A stretch of 64,000 nt of DNA from Heterodontus francisci (Eukaryota), in NCBI RefSeq assembly GCF_036365525.1, contig NC_090411.1:30334432-30398431 (forward strand). The letters run 5' to 3'. Within the stretch, counting starts at the first letter, position 1, and each line of letters opens with the position of its first letter. The notes beneath the pieces are model-generated. The model saw only the letters and a program-made list of their open reading frames with translations, ran no database searches and was not told where the DNA came from. Both the position numbers and the translations under genes were made by a program. Shown here one piece after another: positions 1 to 12,570 of the stretch.

Positions 1-3000
1 CCTTCTTCTGGCAGGGCAGGGATCCTGAAGAACCAAGACAGCATGGAGTGGGCTTCGCCATCAGAAACTCCTTGCTCAGCATGATAGAGCCTCCCTCAAA
101 TGGCTCGGAACGCATACTGTCCATCCGACTGCTCACCACCTCTGGTCCAGTACACCTACTCAGCATCTATGCTCCAACACTCTGTTCCGCACCTGAAGCT
201 AAAGACCAGTTCTATGAACAACTCCATAACATCATTAGCAGCATCCCCAACACCGAACACCTATTCCTGCTGGGGGACTTTAATGCCAGGGTTGGGGCCG
301 ACCATGACTCATGGCCCTCCTGCCTTGGGCGCTATGGCGTTGGAAGGATGAATGAGAACGGGCAGAGACTGCTTGAGTTGTGTACCTATCATAACCTCTG
401 CATCACCAACTCGTTCTTTCACACTAAACCCTGTCACCAGGTTTCATGGAGGCACCCAAGATCACGTCGTTGGCACCAGCTAGACCTCATTGTCACAAGG
501 CGAGCCGCCTTAAACAGTGTTCAAATCACACGCAGCTTCCACAGTGCGGACTGCGACACCGACCACTCCCTGGTGTGCAGCAAGGTTAGACTCAGACCAA
601 AGAAGTTGCATCATTCCAAGCAGAAGGGCCACCCGCGCATCAACACGAGCAGAATTTCTCACCCACAGCTGTTACAAAAATTTCTAAATTCACTTGTAAC
701 AGCCCTTCAAAACACTCCCACAGGGGATGCTGAGACCAAGTGGGCCCACATCAGAGACGCCATCTATGAGTCAGCTTTGACCACCTACGGCAAAAGTGCG
801 AAGAGAAATGCAGACTGGTTTCAATCTCATAATGAAGAGCTGGAACCTGTCATAGCCGCTAAGCGCATTGCACTTTTGAACTACAAGAAAGCCCCCAGCG
901 ATTTAACATCCGCAGCACTTAAAGCAGCCAGAAGTACTGCACAAAGAACGGCTAGGCGTTGCGCAAACGACTACTGGCAACACCTATGCAGTCATATTCA
1001 GCTGGCCTCAGACACCGGAAACATCAGAGGAATGTATGATGGCATGAAGAGAGCTCTTGGGCCAACCATCAAGAAGATCACCCCCCTCAAATCTAAATCG
1101 GGGGACATAATCACTGACCAACGCAAACAGATGGACCGCTGGGTTGAGCACTACCTAGAACTGTACTCCAGGGAGAATGCTGTCACTGAGACTGCCCTCA
1201 ATGCAGCCCAGCCTCTACCAGTCATGGATGAGCTGGACATACAGCCAACCAAATCGGAACTCAGTGATGCCATTGATTCCCTAGCCAGCGGAAAAGCCCC
1301 TGGGAAGGACAGCATTACCCCTGAAATAATCAAGAGTGCCAAGCCTGCTATACTCTCAGCACTACATGAACTGCTATGCCTGTGCTGGGACGAGGGAGCA
1401 GTACCCCAGGACATGCGCGATGCCAACATCATCACCCTCTATAAAAACAAAGGTGACCGCGGTGACTGCAACAACTACCGTGGAATCTCCCTGCTCAGCA
1501 TAGTGGGGAAAGTCTTTGCTCGAGTCGCTCTGAACAGGCTCCAGAAGCTGGCCGAGCGCGTCTACCCTGAGGCACAGTGTGGCTTTCGTGCAGAGAGATC
1601 GACTATTGACATGCTGTTCTCCCTTCGTCAGATACAGGAGAAATGCCGTGAACAACAGATGCCCCTCTACATTGCTTTCATTGATCTCACCAAAGCCTTT
1701 GACCTCGTCAGCAGACGTGGTCTCTTCAGACTACTAGAAAAGATCGGATGTCCACCAAAGCTACTAAGTATCATCACCTCATTCCATGACAATATGAAAG
1801 GCACAATTCAACATGGTGGCTCCTCATCAGAGCCCTTTCCTATCCTGAGTGGTGTGAAACAGGGCTGTGTTCTCGCACCCACACTTTTTGGGATTTTCTT
1901 CTCCCTGCTGCTTTCACATGCGTTCAAATCCTCTGAAGAAGGAATTTTCCTCCACACAAGATCAGGGGGCAGGTTGTTCAACCTTGCCCGTCTAAGAGCG
2001 AAGTCCAAAGTACGGAAAGTCCTCATCAGAGAACTCCTCTTTGCTGACGATGCTGCTTTAACATCTCACACTGAAGAATGCCTGCAGAGTCTCATCGACA
2101 GGTTTGCGTCTGCCTGCAATGAATTTGGCCTAACCATCAGCCTCAAGAAAACGAACATCATGGGGCAGGATGTCAGAAATGCTCCATCCATCAATATTGG
2201 CGACCACGCTCTGGAAGTGGTTCAAGAGTTCACCTACCTAGGCTCAACTATCACCAGTAACCTGTCTCTAGATGCAGAAATCAACAAGCGCATGGGTAAG
2301 GCTTCCACTGCTATGTCCAGACTGGCCAAGAGAGTGTGGGAAAATGGCGCACTGACACGGAACACAAAAGTCCGAGTGTATCAGGCCTGTGTCCTCAGTA
2401 CCTTGCTCTACGGCAGCGAGGCCTGGACAACGTATGCCAGCCAAGAGCGACGTCTCAATTCATTCCATCTTCGCTGCCTTCGGAGAATACTTGGCATCAG
2501 GTGGCAGGACTATATCTCCAACACAGAAGTCCTTGAAGCGGCCAACACCCCCAGCTTATACACACTACTGAGTCAGCGGCGCTTGAGATGGCTTGGCCAT
2601 GTGAGCCGCATGGAAGATGGCAGGATCCCCAAAGACACATTGTACAGCGAGCTCGCCACTGGTATCAGACCCACCGGCCGTCCATGTCTCCGTTATAAAG
2701 ACGTCTGCAAACGCGACATGAAATCGTGTGACATTGATCACAAGTCGTGGGAGTCAGTTGCCAGCATTCGCCAGAGCTGGCGGGCAGCCATAAAGACAGG
2801 GCTAAATTGTGGCGAGTCGAAGAGACTTAGTAGTTGGCAGGAAAAAAGACAGAGGCGCAAGGGGAGAGCCTACTGTGCAACAGCCCCAACAAACAAATTT
2901 CTCTGCAGCACCTGTGGAAGAGCCTGTCACTCCAGAATTGGCCTTTATAGCCACTCCAGGCGCTGCTTCACAAACCACTGACCACCTCCAGGCGCGTATC

Positions 3001-3040
3001 CATTGTCTCTCGAGATAAGGAGGCCCAAAAGGAAAAAAGG
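1..3040 (+). mobile_element. RTE-clade non-LTR retrotransposon (LINE), near full length, 5' end outside window; antisense within an ALDH16A1 intron
   Basis: Single uninterrupted ORF followed by a short 3' UTR ending in an A/G-rich tail (ggcccaaaaggaaaaaagg). It abuts a truncated SINE at ~3043. Confidence 0.93.
3..2981 (+). CDS. RTE LINE polyprotein: APE endonuclease + reverse transcriptase + C-terminal Cys/His finger (5'-partial)
   Basis: Frame is open from nt 3 (FFWQGRDPEEPRQHGVGFAIR). APE motifs: YAPT, LGDFNARVG, QLDLI, DTDHSLV. RT motifs: KAPGKD, NYRGISLL, QCGFR, FIDLTKAFD, GVKQGCVLAP, LFADD, YLGS. C-terminal CSTCGRACHSRIGLYSHSRRC. Confidence 0.93.
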   Translation, partial: FFWQGRDPEEPRQHGVGFAIRNSLLSMIEPPSNGSERILSIRLLTTSGPVHLLSIYAPTLCSAPEAKDQFYEQLHNIISSIPNTEHLFLLGDFNARVGADHDSWPSCLGRYGVGRMNENGQRLLELCTYHNLCITNSFFHTKPCHQVSWRHPRSRRWHQLDLIVTRRAALNSVQITRSFHSADCDTDHSLVCSKVRLRPKKLHHSKQKGHPRINTSRISHPQLLQKFLNSLVTALQNTPTGDAETKWAHIRDAIYESALTTYGKSAKRNADWFQSHNEELEPVIAAKRIALLNYKKAPSDLTSAALKAARSTAQRTARRCANDYWQHLCSHIQLASDTGNIRGMYDGMKRALGPTIKKITPLKSKSGDIITDQRKQMDRWVEHYLELYSRENAVTETALNAAQPLPVMDELDIQPTKSELSDAIDSLASGKAPGKDSITPEIIKSAKPAILSALHELLCLCWDEGAVPQDMRDANIITLYKNKGDRGDCNNYRGISLLSIVGKVFARVALNRLQKLAERVYPEAQCGFRAERSTIDMLFSLRQIQEKCREQQMPLYIAFIDLTKAFDLVSRRGLFRLLEKIGCPPKLLSIITSFHDNMKGTIQHGGSSSEPFPILSGVKQGCVLAPTLFGIFFSLLLSHAFKSSEEGIFLHTRSGGRLFNLARLRAKSKVRKVLIRELLFADDAALTSHTEECLQSLIDRFASACNEFGLTISLKKTNIMGQDVRNAPSINIGDHALEVVQEFTYLGSTITSNLSLDAEINKRMGKASTAMSRLAKRVWENGALTRNTKVRVYQACVLSTLLYGSEAWTTYASQERRLNSFHLRCLRRILGIRWQDYISNTEVLEAANTPSLYTLLSQRRLRWLGHVSRMEDGRIPKDTLYSELATGIRPTGRPCLRYKDVCKRDMKSCDIDHKSWESVASIRQSWRAAIKTGLNCGESKRLSSWQEKRQRRKGRAYCATAPTNKFLCSTCGRACHSRIGLYSHSRRCFTNH

Positions 3041-3042
3041 AC

Positions 3043-3288
3043 GCTAATCCCATATTCCTACCACATCCCCACCTGTCCCTATATTTTCCCTACCACCTAC
3101 CTATACTAGGGGCAATTTATAATGGCCAATTAACCTATCAACCTGCAAGTCTTTGGCATGTGGGAGGAAACCGGAACACCCGGAGGAAACCCACGCAGAC
3201 ACAGGGAGAACTTGCAAACTCCACACAGGCAGTACCCAGAATTGAACCCGGGTCGCTGGAGCTGTGAGGCTGCGGTGCTAACCACTGC
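3043..3288 (-). mobile_element. HE1/V-SINE-type tRNA-derived SINE, 3'-truncated by the RTE
   Basis: Reverse complement of gcagtggttagcaccgcagcctcacagctccagcgacccgggttcaattc...gtctgcgtgggtttcctccgggtg (A/B-box head plus V-domain). Confidence 0.85.
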
Positions 3289-5695
3289 AACCTTTGGATG
3301 AACATGTTTCCCCTACTTCCCTTCTTATTCCGAACTTCCTCATTCTCAACCCTCCTCAAAGTGGGGCAATTTAACTGGACCAACTTTCTCAATTTCGCTC
3401 ACAATCTGGCAATTAGATCACCACAAAGACAGCTTGTTTCCAAAAAGAAATAAACCCAACATCCCATTGAGGTTGTGAGCATAGGGCTGGAAAAATTCCC
3501 CTGTGGAGAATGAGCTAGAGCAACCATTTAGTTCTGCAAACATTGGCAAGTTCTCTGCCCTTCAATATCCATCGCCTTTTAGTCCATGTCTAGTGGCAGC
3601 TCCTCTCGCACCGACCAAATTCTTGTCTATATCTTTTGAGAGTTCACACTAGAGAATAATTTCTGTTTTAACAATTTTATCCCTGCCCTTTCTGAAGACG
3701 TTGATGATTTTTGGGCTACCGTCTTAGGAGTGTCGCCAGTCGTCCAGCACATTCCCCAAGTGCTTGTTCGTCATGTGAGAGACTAGACAATGAGATCGGC
3801 AGGGCATTCAACCATGGAAGATAGGCCGACCCTATACTCAACCAATGCCTGCTTAACAACAGGAGTCAGGAGCAGAAATCTTGGGTGATATTTGCCTCCA
3901 TAATGCAGGGCACTCGGGTTAGTTGTAAGGCACCAAGTGTTGTCCGACTAAAATCAGAAAATGCATCTCAGATCAGAGGTCAAATGCTGATGTTTATTCT
4001 GTTACAGCTTAGTACCACATTGGGTAGTACCTTTAACCATCAGTCATAAGGGGGAGCTTGTGAGTAACTGCAAAATGTTCCCTGCAGCCCAAAATGAGCT
4101 GCACAGCTTGCAAAACGCAATTATCTTTCTGGCCTGGGGAGCATGTTGCAACAAAGAGGACAGGAATTTTAACATGATACCATACAACTAACAGTTAATG
4201 GAATTTTGTAACCAGCTGACAGAAGAAGCTGGAGGGAAACTGGGGTACCCAAAGGGAATGCACTACACTGGTTAACTGCAGGCACTGTGTTGTCAACACT
4301 GAGACACAATGAGCTAAAAGGAATAGGGTCAGATGGCTGAACCATTGAACCTGAACAGTCAAGACACTGAAATATTATGCCAGACACATGCTCCGTCTGG
4401 CTAAACACCCACAGTTTTCCCTCCCATTTTGTTGTCTGCTATTACGACCCTTCTAATCATAAATGCTGGGTTCTATGCATTTGAAGCAGTTGCACTGGAA
4501 ACACGTCAGTTAATATAAAGCTCACAATTTACAGGAAGAATAGTGAGCTTCACGCCATAAAAAAGAAACACTAATAACCAAAGCACAGCTGGATTTCAGA
4601 CATTTTCTAGGTTTTTTTTGTATCTGAGGCAAGGAATGCTAGTGCTTCCCATTTCAGACATTGGGTGTCAGCTTCTGCTCTATGTTGCCTCATCAAGCAT
4701 TCCCAGGCCAATATAGGTTAGATAGAGTAAAGCACCCTCTACACTTTCACATCAATTACTCCCAGGTCAGATACATTATGAATGCAAGAATAAGAGTCCC
4801 TCTAAGCATGTTTACCAAGCACTTTCAAGTCAGGTACAGTGCAGATTTGATGTAGAATGAGCTTCAATTAATGTTTACAGGGGGTTGCTGATCTTTTGCG
4901 ATAGAATTTCAGTGCAATGAACAATGACTGCAAAAAAAATGCAGCCAATTCACCTATGTAAACGTCACACTGGGAACTGCAAATAAATTGGCTTTCTGCC
5001 GAATGTGATGGACTTGCATTTGTCATGATATGCAGCCAGGTCACAGGGCTTGACTCACTCCCATCATTATGGAGATAGTTGTAGACAGGAAAAGAAATTA
5101 TGTTCTGCTTCTCAGCTTTTTGAAGATTCATTCATTTTTGACAGAGGACATTACTGGCAATGAACAGACAAGAACATTCCCTGATTCCACCCCCCTCCCA
5201 TCTGCTCCCAGTAAAAAGGAGTGCTAACGGCTTTTCTACCACCCACCCTGGTACCCCAGGTGAAACCAGAGATCAAACCTGGAACCTTCTCATCTGTACG
5301 ACCTTGGTAGTACAACTGCAGTGCCGTCACTGGGCTAGCTGATCAACTGCTAAGCTACAGAAAGCACCAGAAACACCAGTTGCTCAAATAATTGGGTTCT
5401 GGGCTTCCTATCAGAGGATTGGCCTCTTTCTTCCAGAGCTGTCAGTGGATCAATTCCATTTGCCACGAACAGCAGCAACTGTTGGTCAGACAACAGACAC
5501 ACAGCACAATGTCAGGAGGTAAATATCGTCAGACAAGCACCAAGTAACCAAGATAGCAGGTTGGTCATGACTGCCCTCTGGGCGAAAAGAGGGAGTGCAG
5601 GAATGGAGCTGATTTAAAGACCACAGGAACTTAAAATGGGGGGAAAATATAAACAGGTTTAAGAGAAATGTCTCTTAAGAATTCATCTGCAGTAC

Positions 5696-5880
5696 CGCAG
5701 TAGAGCCGGTGAAGGCGACCTTGTCCACATCTTCGTGTGTCGCCAGTTTGCTGCCAAATGCTCCATTTCCCGTCACCACATTGAACACACCGGGAGGGAG
5801 GCCAGCCTCTGCGCAGATCTCAGCAAACATCAGGGCAGTGAGTCGAGTGTACGAAGCTGGTTTCAACACCACCGTGTTAC
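5696..5880 (-). CDS. ALDH16A1: ALDH16A1 exon 6
   Basis: ctccag|GT AAC...ACT GCG|gtact. Encodes (G)[61 protein letters not shown]. Confidence 0.9.
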
Positions 5881-6139
5881 CTGGAGATTTAGAGAGCAGG
5901 AAACAGTTCAGACTAGAGATGGGTATTTAAAGAAACACTGCTACCTTTCTTTATTATCTTCGTTAACACACCTTCAGACTATCAATCATGGATCGCTAAT
6001 GGTTAGAAGTTATGTCAACCCTCAACTTTACCGTGTCATAGACCTATTTACTTACCTATTCTGACAGGTTGGACTGAGTCACATTGATGTGCAACCATGT
6101 CTGTCTTCAGATTTTTTTTAGCTTTTGATTGTAAGAAAA

Positions 6140-6570
6140 ACATGCATTTCTATAGCGCTTTCACCATCTCAGGAGGTTCCAAAGCTCTTTACAGCCAATT
6201 AAGTACTTTTAAAGTATGGTGACTGTTTCAATGCAAGAAAAAGCATTTACCAGTTTGCCTAAAGCAAGGTCCCACAACCAGCAATGAGATAAATGACCAG
6301 ATCATTTGTTTTAGCAGTGCTGCTTCAGAGATAAATGCTGGCCAGGACACCAAGAGAACACTGCTGCTTTTCTTCAAATAGGTCAGTGAAGGATTCAGGG
6401 TTCTGCTTTAACATCTCATCCAAAAGATAGCACCTCCCACAGTGCAGTACTCCCTCTGTACTGCACTGAAGTGTCAGCCCCTAGATTATGTGCTTAAGTC
6501 TCTGGAGTAGGGCTTGAACCCACAATCTTCTGACTTCGAGGCGAGTGTGCTACCACTGAGTGTGGCTGAT
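6140..6570 (-). mobile_element. SacSINE1/DeuSINE-like SINE. Other copies at ~20310-20590, 24620-25380(-), 30735-31170, 35125-35585(-), 39850-40130, 50450-50870, 55570-55810, 57715-57920, 60800-61255(-)
   Basis: Recurrent body gaagagcaggggagttctccc...gccaatatttatccctcaac...cattggctgtaaagcactttggga...gaaaggcgctatagaaatgcaag. A tRNA-like head is present in full copies. Confidence 0.7.
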
Positions 6571-7269
6571 TGACTGTCGACAGCGCCTATGGAGCCCTTT
6601 CCTACCAATCGAAATGTTTTGAAAATTAATGGACAGTGGGAGCAAGGAAAAAACAAGCACATAAAAGCAATTTAAATTTCGTTTCCCTCAATTAAAAACA
6701 GGTAGAATTGTTAAAATTAGGAAGAGATCAAATAAAAGTTAAAATAAGATCAGAAAACATGAGGAAGGGAAGGCAGAAAGACAAGGCAAGCAGAATTATT
6801 TCCATAACATATCTTGAATTATTTCCATAGTTTCAAGTTAATATTTCACACATATCAATAATCTTGCATCTGTACACACCTCATCTACAAAACCTTACTT
6901 CCAGTTGCATATTTTTTGTCACACTTTTATGTTAATTTTTTCCATTTGAATTCATATTTCCACATTTTTAATGTATTACAAATACTTGCAAATAAATAAC
7001 TTGCACTTACTAGAAGTGATTTACTTACTTTTCCCATCTTATTAACATCATCCCTATTATGAAGCAGCTCATCCTCCAAATTGCCAAAAGCCAAGCCACA
7101 GGAGATTTGTGAGTAACTGCAATGAAGTTACTCCTGATACCTGCGTGGTTTCAGTCGTATAATTTTATTTGACCAACTTTACAGTACAGGTAATGAATGA
7201 CTGGTCTAGGAAGAATGGTATTTGCCTGGGCCAGACAGCAGTCTAAGAGTTAATGCTCTCCAGCTGATC

Positions 7270-7790
7270 ACCTTTTGTTACCTCCATACATGGTTAACCA
7301 ATGTTCCCCGGCCAACCTCCCACCTTCCACCCTCTGCCAACTTCAGCTCTTCCAAAACTCTACTGCTCACATCCTAACTTGCACCAAGTCCCATTCACCC
7401 ATCATCCCTGTGCTCACTGGCCTACATTGGCTCATGGTGTTCAAATCCCTCTACAGGTGCCCCTCCATCTCTCTGTAGCTTCCTCCAGCCATGCAACCCT
7501 CCAAGGATCATTGTGTTCCTGGAATTCTGACCTCTTTTGTATTCCCGATTTCCATCACCTCATCATTAGAGGCTGTCCTTCAGATCAGCAGCCCTAACAT
7601 CTGGAATACCCTCCCTAAATCTCTCCAGCCTTCCCCCACTCCTCCATTAAGAAGTTACATAAAATCTTTCCATGGCCAAGCTTCCGACATTCATCCTAAA
7701 GTCTCCTAATGTGGCTCAGTACCAAATTTTGCCTGATAAAGCTACTGTGAAGCACCATGGGGTGTTTTACTATGTTATACGCTCTATATG
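7270..7790 (+). mobile_element. L2-like LINE 3' fragment. Related pieces at ~33380-33700(-), 37330-38000(-), 46900-47160, 49760-50105, 55040-55340, 61500-62040(-)
   Basis: Degenerate LQLFQNSTAHILTCTKSHSPIIPVLTGLHWL is typical of the L2 ORF2 C-terminus. Shared 3' end ...gtgaagcaccttggg...tactatgttaaagg. Confidence 0.65.
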
Positions 7791-9307
7791 CCTTCTAGGG
7801 ATCATAATCTCAGGATAAGAGGTTGGCAATTCAGCAGAGGTGAGGAGAAATTTCTTCTCTCTGAGGGCTGTGCATCTTTGGAAATCTCTACCTCAGAGGG
7901 CTGTGGATGCTCAGTCATTGAGTATATTCAAGAACGAGATTAGTAGATTTTTGGAGACTGAGGGAATCAAGGGATATAAGAATAGGGCAGGAAACTGGAA
8001 TTGAGGCAAAAGATCAGCCACAAACTTAGTGAATGGTGCAACAGGTTCAAGAGGCCATTTGGCCCACTCCTGCTCCTATTCCTTGTTCTTATATAAATAA
8101 ATGCTAGTTGTTGTTTGTAGCAGTCTAAACTTGCGTTGGTAGAAGGTTTTCTTAAAACAATTATGAGAGTGTCCTGACCGCCTCTCAAAGCGAGGGCACT
8201 GCAGAAATGAATTTGCAGTCTCAAATGAAAAGGAAATTGCTACAAGATTTACTCTGAGATACATGCCAGTTTGTTATCTCATGCATATTACACAGCCTGC
8301 AGCTAGATTTAGGTGCCTGTAACTTTAGCATCAGTGAGCTTCATTCACTGCCTTCTCCAAACTAAGGAATGCAGCTGAACAAAAATGAGAGGGGTTTGTT
8401 TCTCCCCTGTGAACACAGCATTGAGTCCAGTGATCAATTCACCTATCTTGGCACTGTAACAAGGAAGAGATTTTCACACAATTAAAAATGCATTATCTGG
8501 ATAAACATCTTCATTGATTGCTCTTCTAACACCATAAACTGATGCAAAAAAAAATAACGTGATCAGTTTATAGACTTCAAGGAACAAAAGATTTCAAATA
8601 ATAATCTCCCTTTGAACTACAAACAGCAACTAGGGCGAGAGCTGGCTGAGGAAGTTCATACCATCTAATCAGTCTGGAATTTACAGCATTATCTGGTATC
8701 CCAGTTGCAATTGTACTCGACATGCTCAAAGATGGCTCTGGTCTAAATTAAATTAGTGTTTCTTCCTGAATAAAACACACAGTATTATTAGGTCCACATT
8801 TGTGGAGTTGCTAAGTGATTTGCTCCCTTGTTCTACTCTCTTGGTGCAGCTTCAAGTAGTGCTGCCTTTTTGCCCAGATTCACTCCAAATGGACCAGATC
8901 TGGTCCATTTGCTCTCTCAGGTGAGCGTAAAGGAGCCCATGGCAATATATCGATGAAGAGCAAGGGAATTCTCCCCGGTGTCCTAGCCAATATTTATCCC
9001 TAAATCAACATCACAAAACCGGCACAGCGAACATGTGAGATGTGCACCGCGGAGCCGTCGTGCTCATTAACATGGGGGGGGCGAGGCGGAACGCCCGCCC
9101 CTTATGACGTAGAGGGGGCTGGCGCACCATCCCCTGTAACCGTATCCAGCGCTACTGCGCAGTAACCATTTTTAAAGTGCTTCAAGCCTTTACTAGTCAT
9201 TTAAATTTTTAAAGAGAACTGCAAGCTGCATTTAAATTTAAACATCAATGAAAGATCAAAGCCCCTCCTCCACCCACCCCACCACCCCCCCCCCCCCCCC
9301 CCCAACG

Positions 9308-10320
9308 TGTGACCAGTGGTGTTCCACAGGGATCCGTGCTGGGACCACTGTTGTTTGTGATATACATAAATGATTTGGAGGAAAGTATAGGTGGTCTGAT
9401 TAGCAAGTTTGCAGATGACACTAAGATTGGTGGAGTAGCAGATAGTGAAGGGGACTGTCAGAGAATACAGCAGAATATAGATAGATTGGAGAGTTGGGCA
9501 GAGAAATGGCAGATGGAGTTCAATCAGGGCAAATGCGAGGTGATGCATTTTGGAAGATCCAATTCAAGAGTGAACTATACAGTAAATGGAAAAGTCCTGG
9601 GGAAAATTGATGTACAGAGAGATTTGGGTGTTCAGGTCCATTGTTCCCTGAAGGTGGCAACGCAAGTCAATAGAGTGGTCAAAAAGGCATACGGCATGCT
9701 TTCCTTCATCGGACGGGGTATTGAGCACAAGAGTTGGCAGGTCATGTTACAGTTGTATAAGACTTTGGTTCGGCCACATTTGGAATACTGCGTGCAGTTC
9801 TGGTCGCCACATTACCAAAAGGATGTAGATGCTTCGGAGAGGGTGCAGAGGAGGTTCACCAGGATGTTGCCTGGTATGGAGGGCGCTAGCTATGAAGAGA
9901 GGTTGAGTAGATTAGAATTATTTTCATTAGAAAGACGGAGGTTGAGGGGGGACCTGATTGAGGTGTACAAAATCATGAGAGGTATAGACAGGGTGGATAG
10001 CAAGAAGCTTTTTCCCCAGAGTGGGGGATTCAATTACTAGGGGTCACGAGTTCAAAGTGAGAGGGGAAAAGTTTAGGGGGGATATGCGTGGAAAGTTCTT
10101 TACACAGAGGGTGGTGGGTGCCTGGAACGCGTTGCCAGCGGAGGTGGTAGACGCGGGCACGATAGCGTCATTTAAGATGTATCTAGACAGATACATGAAT
10201 GGGCAGGAAGCAAAGAGATACAGACCCTTAGAAAATAGAAGACATGTTTAGATAGAGGATCTGGATCGGCGCAGGCTTGGAGGGCCGAAGGGCCTGTTCC
10301 TGTGCTGTAATTTTCTTTGT
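9308..10320 (+). mobile_element. CR1/HER1-type LINE 3' fragment with RT C-terminal half
   Basis: ORF 9309-10040: [43 protein letters not shown]. 3' tail gggccgaagggcctgttcctgtgctgta. Confidence 0.9.
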
Positions 10321-12149
10321 TCTTTCTCTCCCCCCCACCCCGAGAAAGCTTTTTTGCCGATCCTGAACTTTCACCCTCAAACTTTAATATCTTTGACCTT
10401 CAATCCCTTCCTGTCATCCCCTCAACCAATAGTAACGCTTTTCTCTGCTTCCCCCACACCCCCCACCCTGAAAACTTCACACCCCCTCCCCAACAGGGTT
10501 CTGCCTCAGATCTCTGAACAGAGAACCGCAGGCGTGGGACTTCCGGCAACCAGCCGGAATATCGACGTGGGACAGCCACCGTGGAAAGATGAGTAATTAT
10601 TCAGTGATTTAAATAATGAAATTAAGCTTCCGGCGCCAAGCAGCGGTGGGGGGGGGGCGGGGCGGGCGCCAGGTGGCCTTGCCCCGCCAGTAAAATGGGG
10701 CGGGGCCTTTCCGGCATTGAGGCCATGGCAGGCCTCTCCTGGAAGGGCTTTCCAGACCCCCTGCCACGATTCTTGACGTCAGGCAGCTGGTAAAATTCAG
10801 CCCATTGTAGTCTGTAGGAACTTGTGCACAAATGGCTGCTGCGTTTTCTACATTACAATGCTGACTGCACTTCAAAAATGCTTCATTGGCTGTAAAGCAC
10901 TTTGGGATGTCCTGAGGTGCTATAGAAATGCAAGTTTTTCTTTCTCTTAAGTCACCACCTTTCAGTGGTAAATAGAGCACATTTCTTCAGGCTTTCCTCA
11001 TAATTCTGCCCTCTGGCATTAGGGATCAGTCTGCTAGCTTCTCTCTGCACCATCTTCAAGGTGATAACCAAAACTGTATGTGGTGCTCAACAGGCAAGGG
11101 TGGGCCATTTAGGACTGAGATGAGGAGAAATTTCTTCACTCTGAGGGTTGTTCATCTTTGAAGTTTTCCAGCCCAGAGGATACTGGATACTCAATCGTTG
11201 AATATATTGCCAGATTTCTGGATACAAAGGAATCAAGGGATATAGGGATAGGGCAGGAAAGTTGAGCTGAGGCAAAAGATCAGCCATTAATTTATTGAAT
11301 GGTGCAATAGGTTCAAGGGGCCGTATGGCCTATTCCTGCTCCTATTTCTTGTTCTTATATAAATAAATGCAAATTGTTGTTTTTAACTAGTAAAACGTTT
11401 TCTTAAAACAATTATGAGAGTGTCCCGACAGACTCATAAAGCGAGGGCACTGCAGAAATGCGGTCGGCGGTCTCAAATTAAAAGGAAATTGCTACAAAAT
11501 TTACCATGAGATACATGCCAGTTTGCTATCTCATGCATATTACACAGCCTGCAGCTAGATTTAGGTGCCTGTAACTTTAGTATCAGTAAACTTAATTCCC
11601 TGCCTTCTACAAACTAGGGACTCCAGTCGAACAAATATGAGAGGGGTTTGTATCTCCCCTGTCAACACATCAGCCCTGACATTGAGTCCAGTGATTAATT
11701 CACCTATCTTGGCACCATAAAAAGGAAGAGATTTTCACACAATTAAAAATGCATTATCTGGACAAACACCTTCAATGATTGCTCTTCTAAACACCATAAA
11801 CTGATGCAAAAAAATAAAGATAACGTGATCAGTTTGTAGACTTCAAGGAATAATCTCCCTTTGAGCTACAAATAACAACTAGGCAAGAGCTGGCTGAGGA
11901 AGTTCAAACCATCTAATCGGTCTGGAATTTATAGCACTATCTGGTAGCCCAGTTGCAGTTGTACTCTACATGCCCAAAGATAACTCTGGTTTGAATTAAA
12001 TTAGTCTTTCTTCCTGAATAAAACACACAGCATTACTAGGTCCCCGTTTGTGGAGTTGCTGAGTAATTTGCTCCCTTGTTCTACTCTCTTATTGCAGCTT
12101 GAAGTAATGCTGCAGACTTAACGTTTATGCCCAGATTCATTATCTTGTC

Positions 12150-12570
12150 AGAAATAAAAACAAGAAATGCTGGAACCACTCAGCAGGTCTGGCAGCATCT
12201 GTGGAAAGAGAAGCAGAGTTAACGTTTCGGGTCAGTGACCCTTCTTCGGAACTGACAAATATTAAAAATGTCACAGGTTATAAGCAAGTGAGGTGGGGGT
12301 GGGGCAAGAGATAACAAAGGAGAAGGTGTAGATTGGACAAAGCCACATAGCTGACCAAAAGGTCATGGAGCAAAGGCAAACAATATGTTAATGGTGTGTT
12401 GAAAGACAAAGCATTAATACAGAAAAGGTGTTAACGGACTGAATATTGAACAGCAGCAAGTGCAAACCTGAAAAAAAAACAGTGGGTAAGCAAACTGAAC
12501 AAACTAAGCTTTCCACAGATGCTGCCAGACCTGCTGAGTGGTTCCAGCATTTCTTGTTTTTATATAAGCT
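12150..12570. mobile_element. Short Penelope pseudo-LTR-derived element with ~55-bp inverted ends
   Basis: 12153-12207 and 12509-12563 are reverse complements. Flanked by ttcattatcttgtc at 12136-12149 and 12571-12584. Confidence 0.7.

Noticed and set aside
100-3053. Short overlapping or antisense ORFs within the RTE
   Set aside because: Shadow frames of the LINE ORF with no independent motifs.
3300-5690. ALDH16A1 exon 7 (ELGGKS region)
   Set aside because: No matching minus-strand exon seen by eye; presumed left of the window.
5675-5872. Stand-alone bacterial-like ALDH ORF or contamination
   Set aside because: Flanked by GT-AG sites and joins five other exons in phase.
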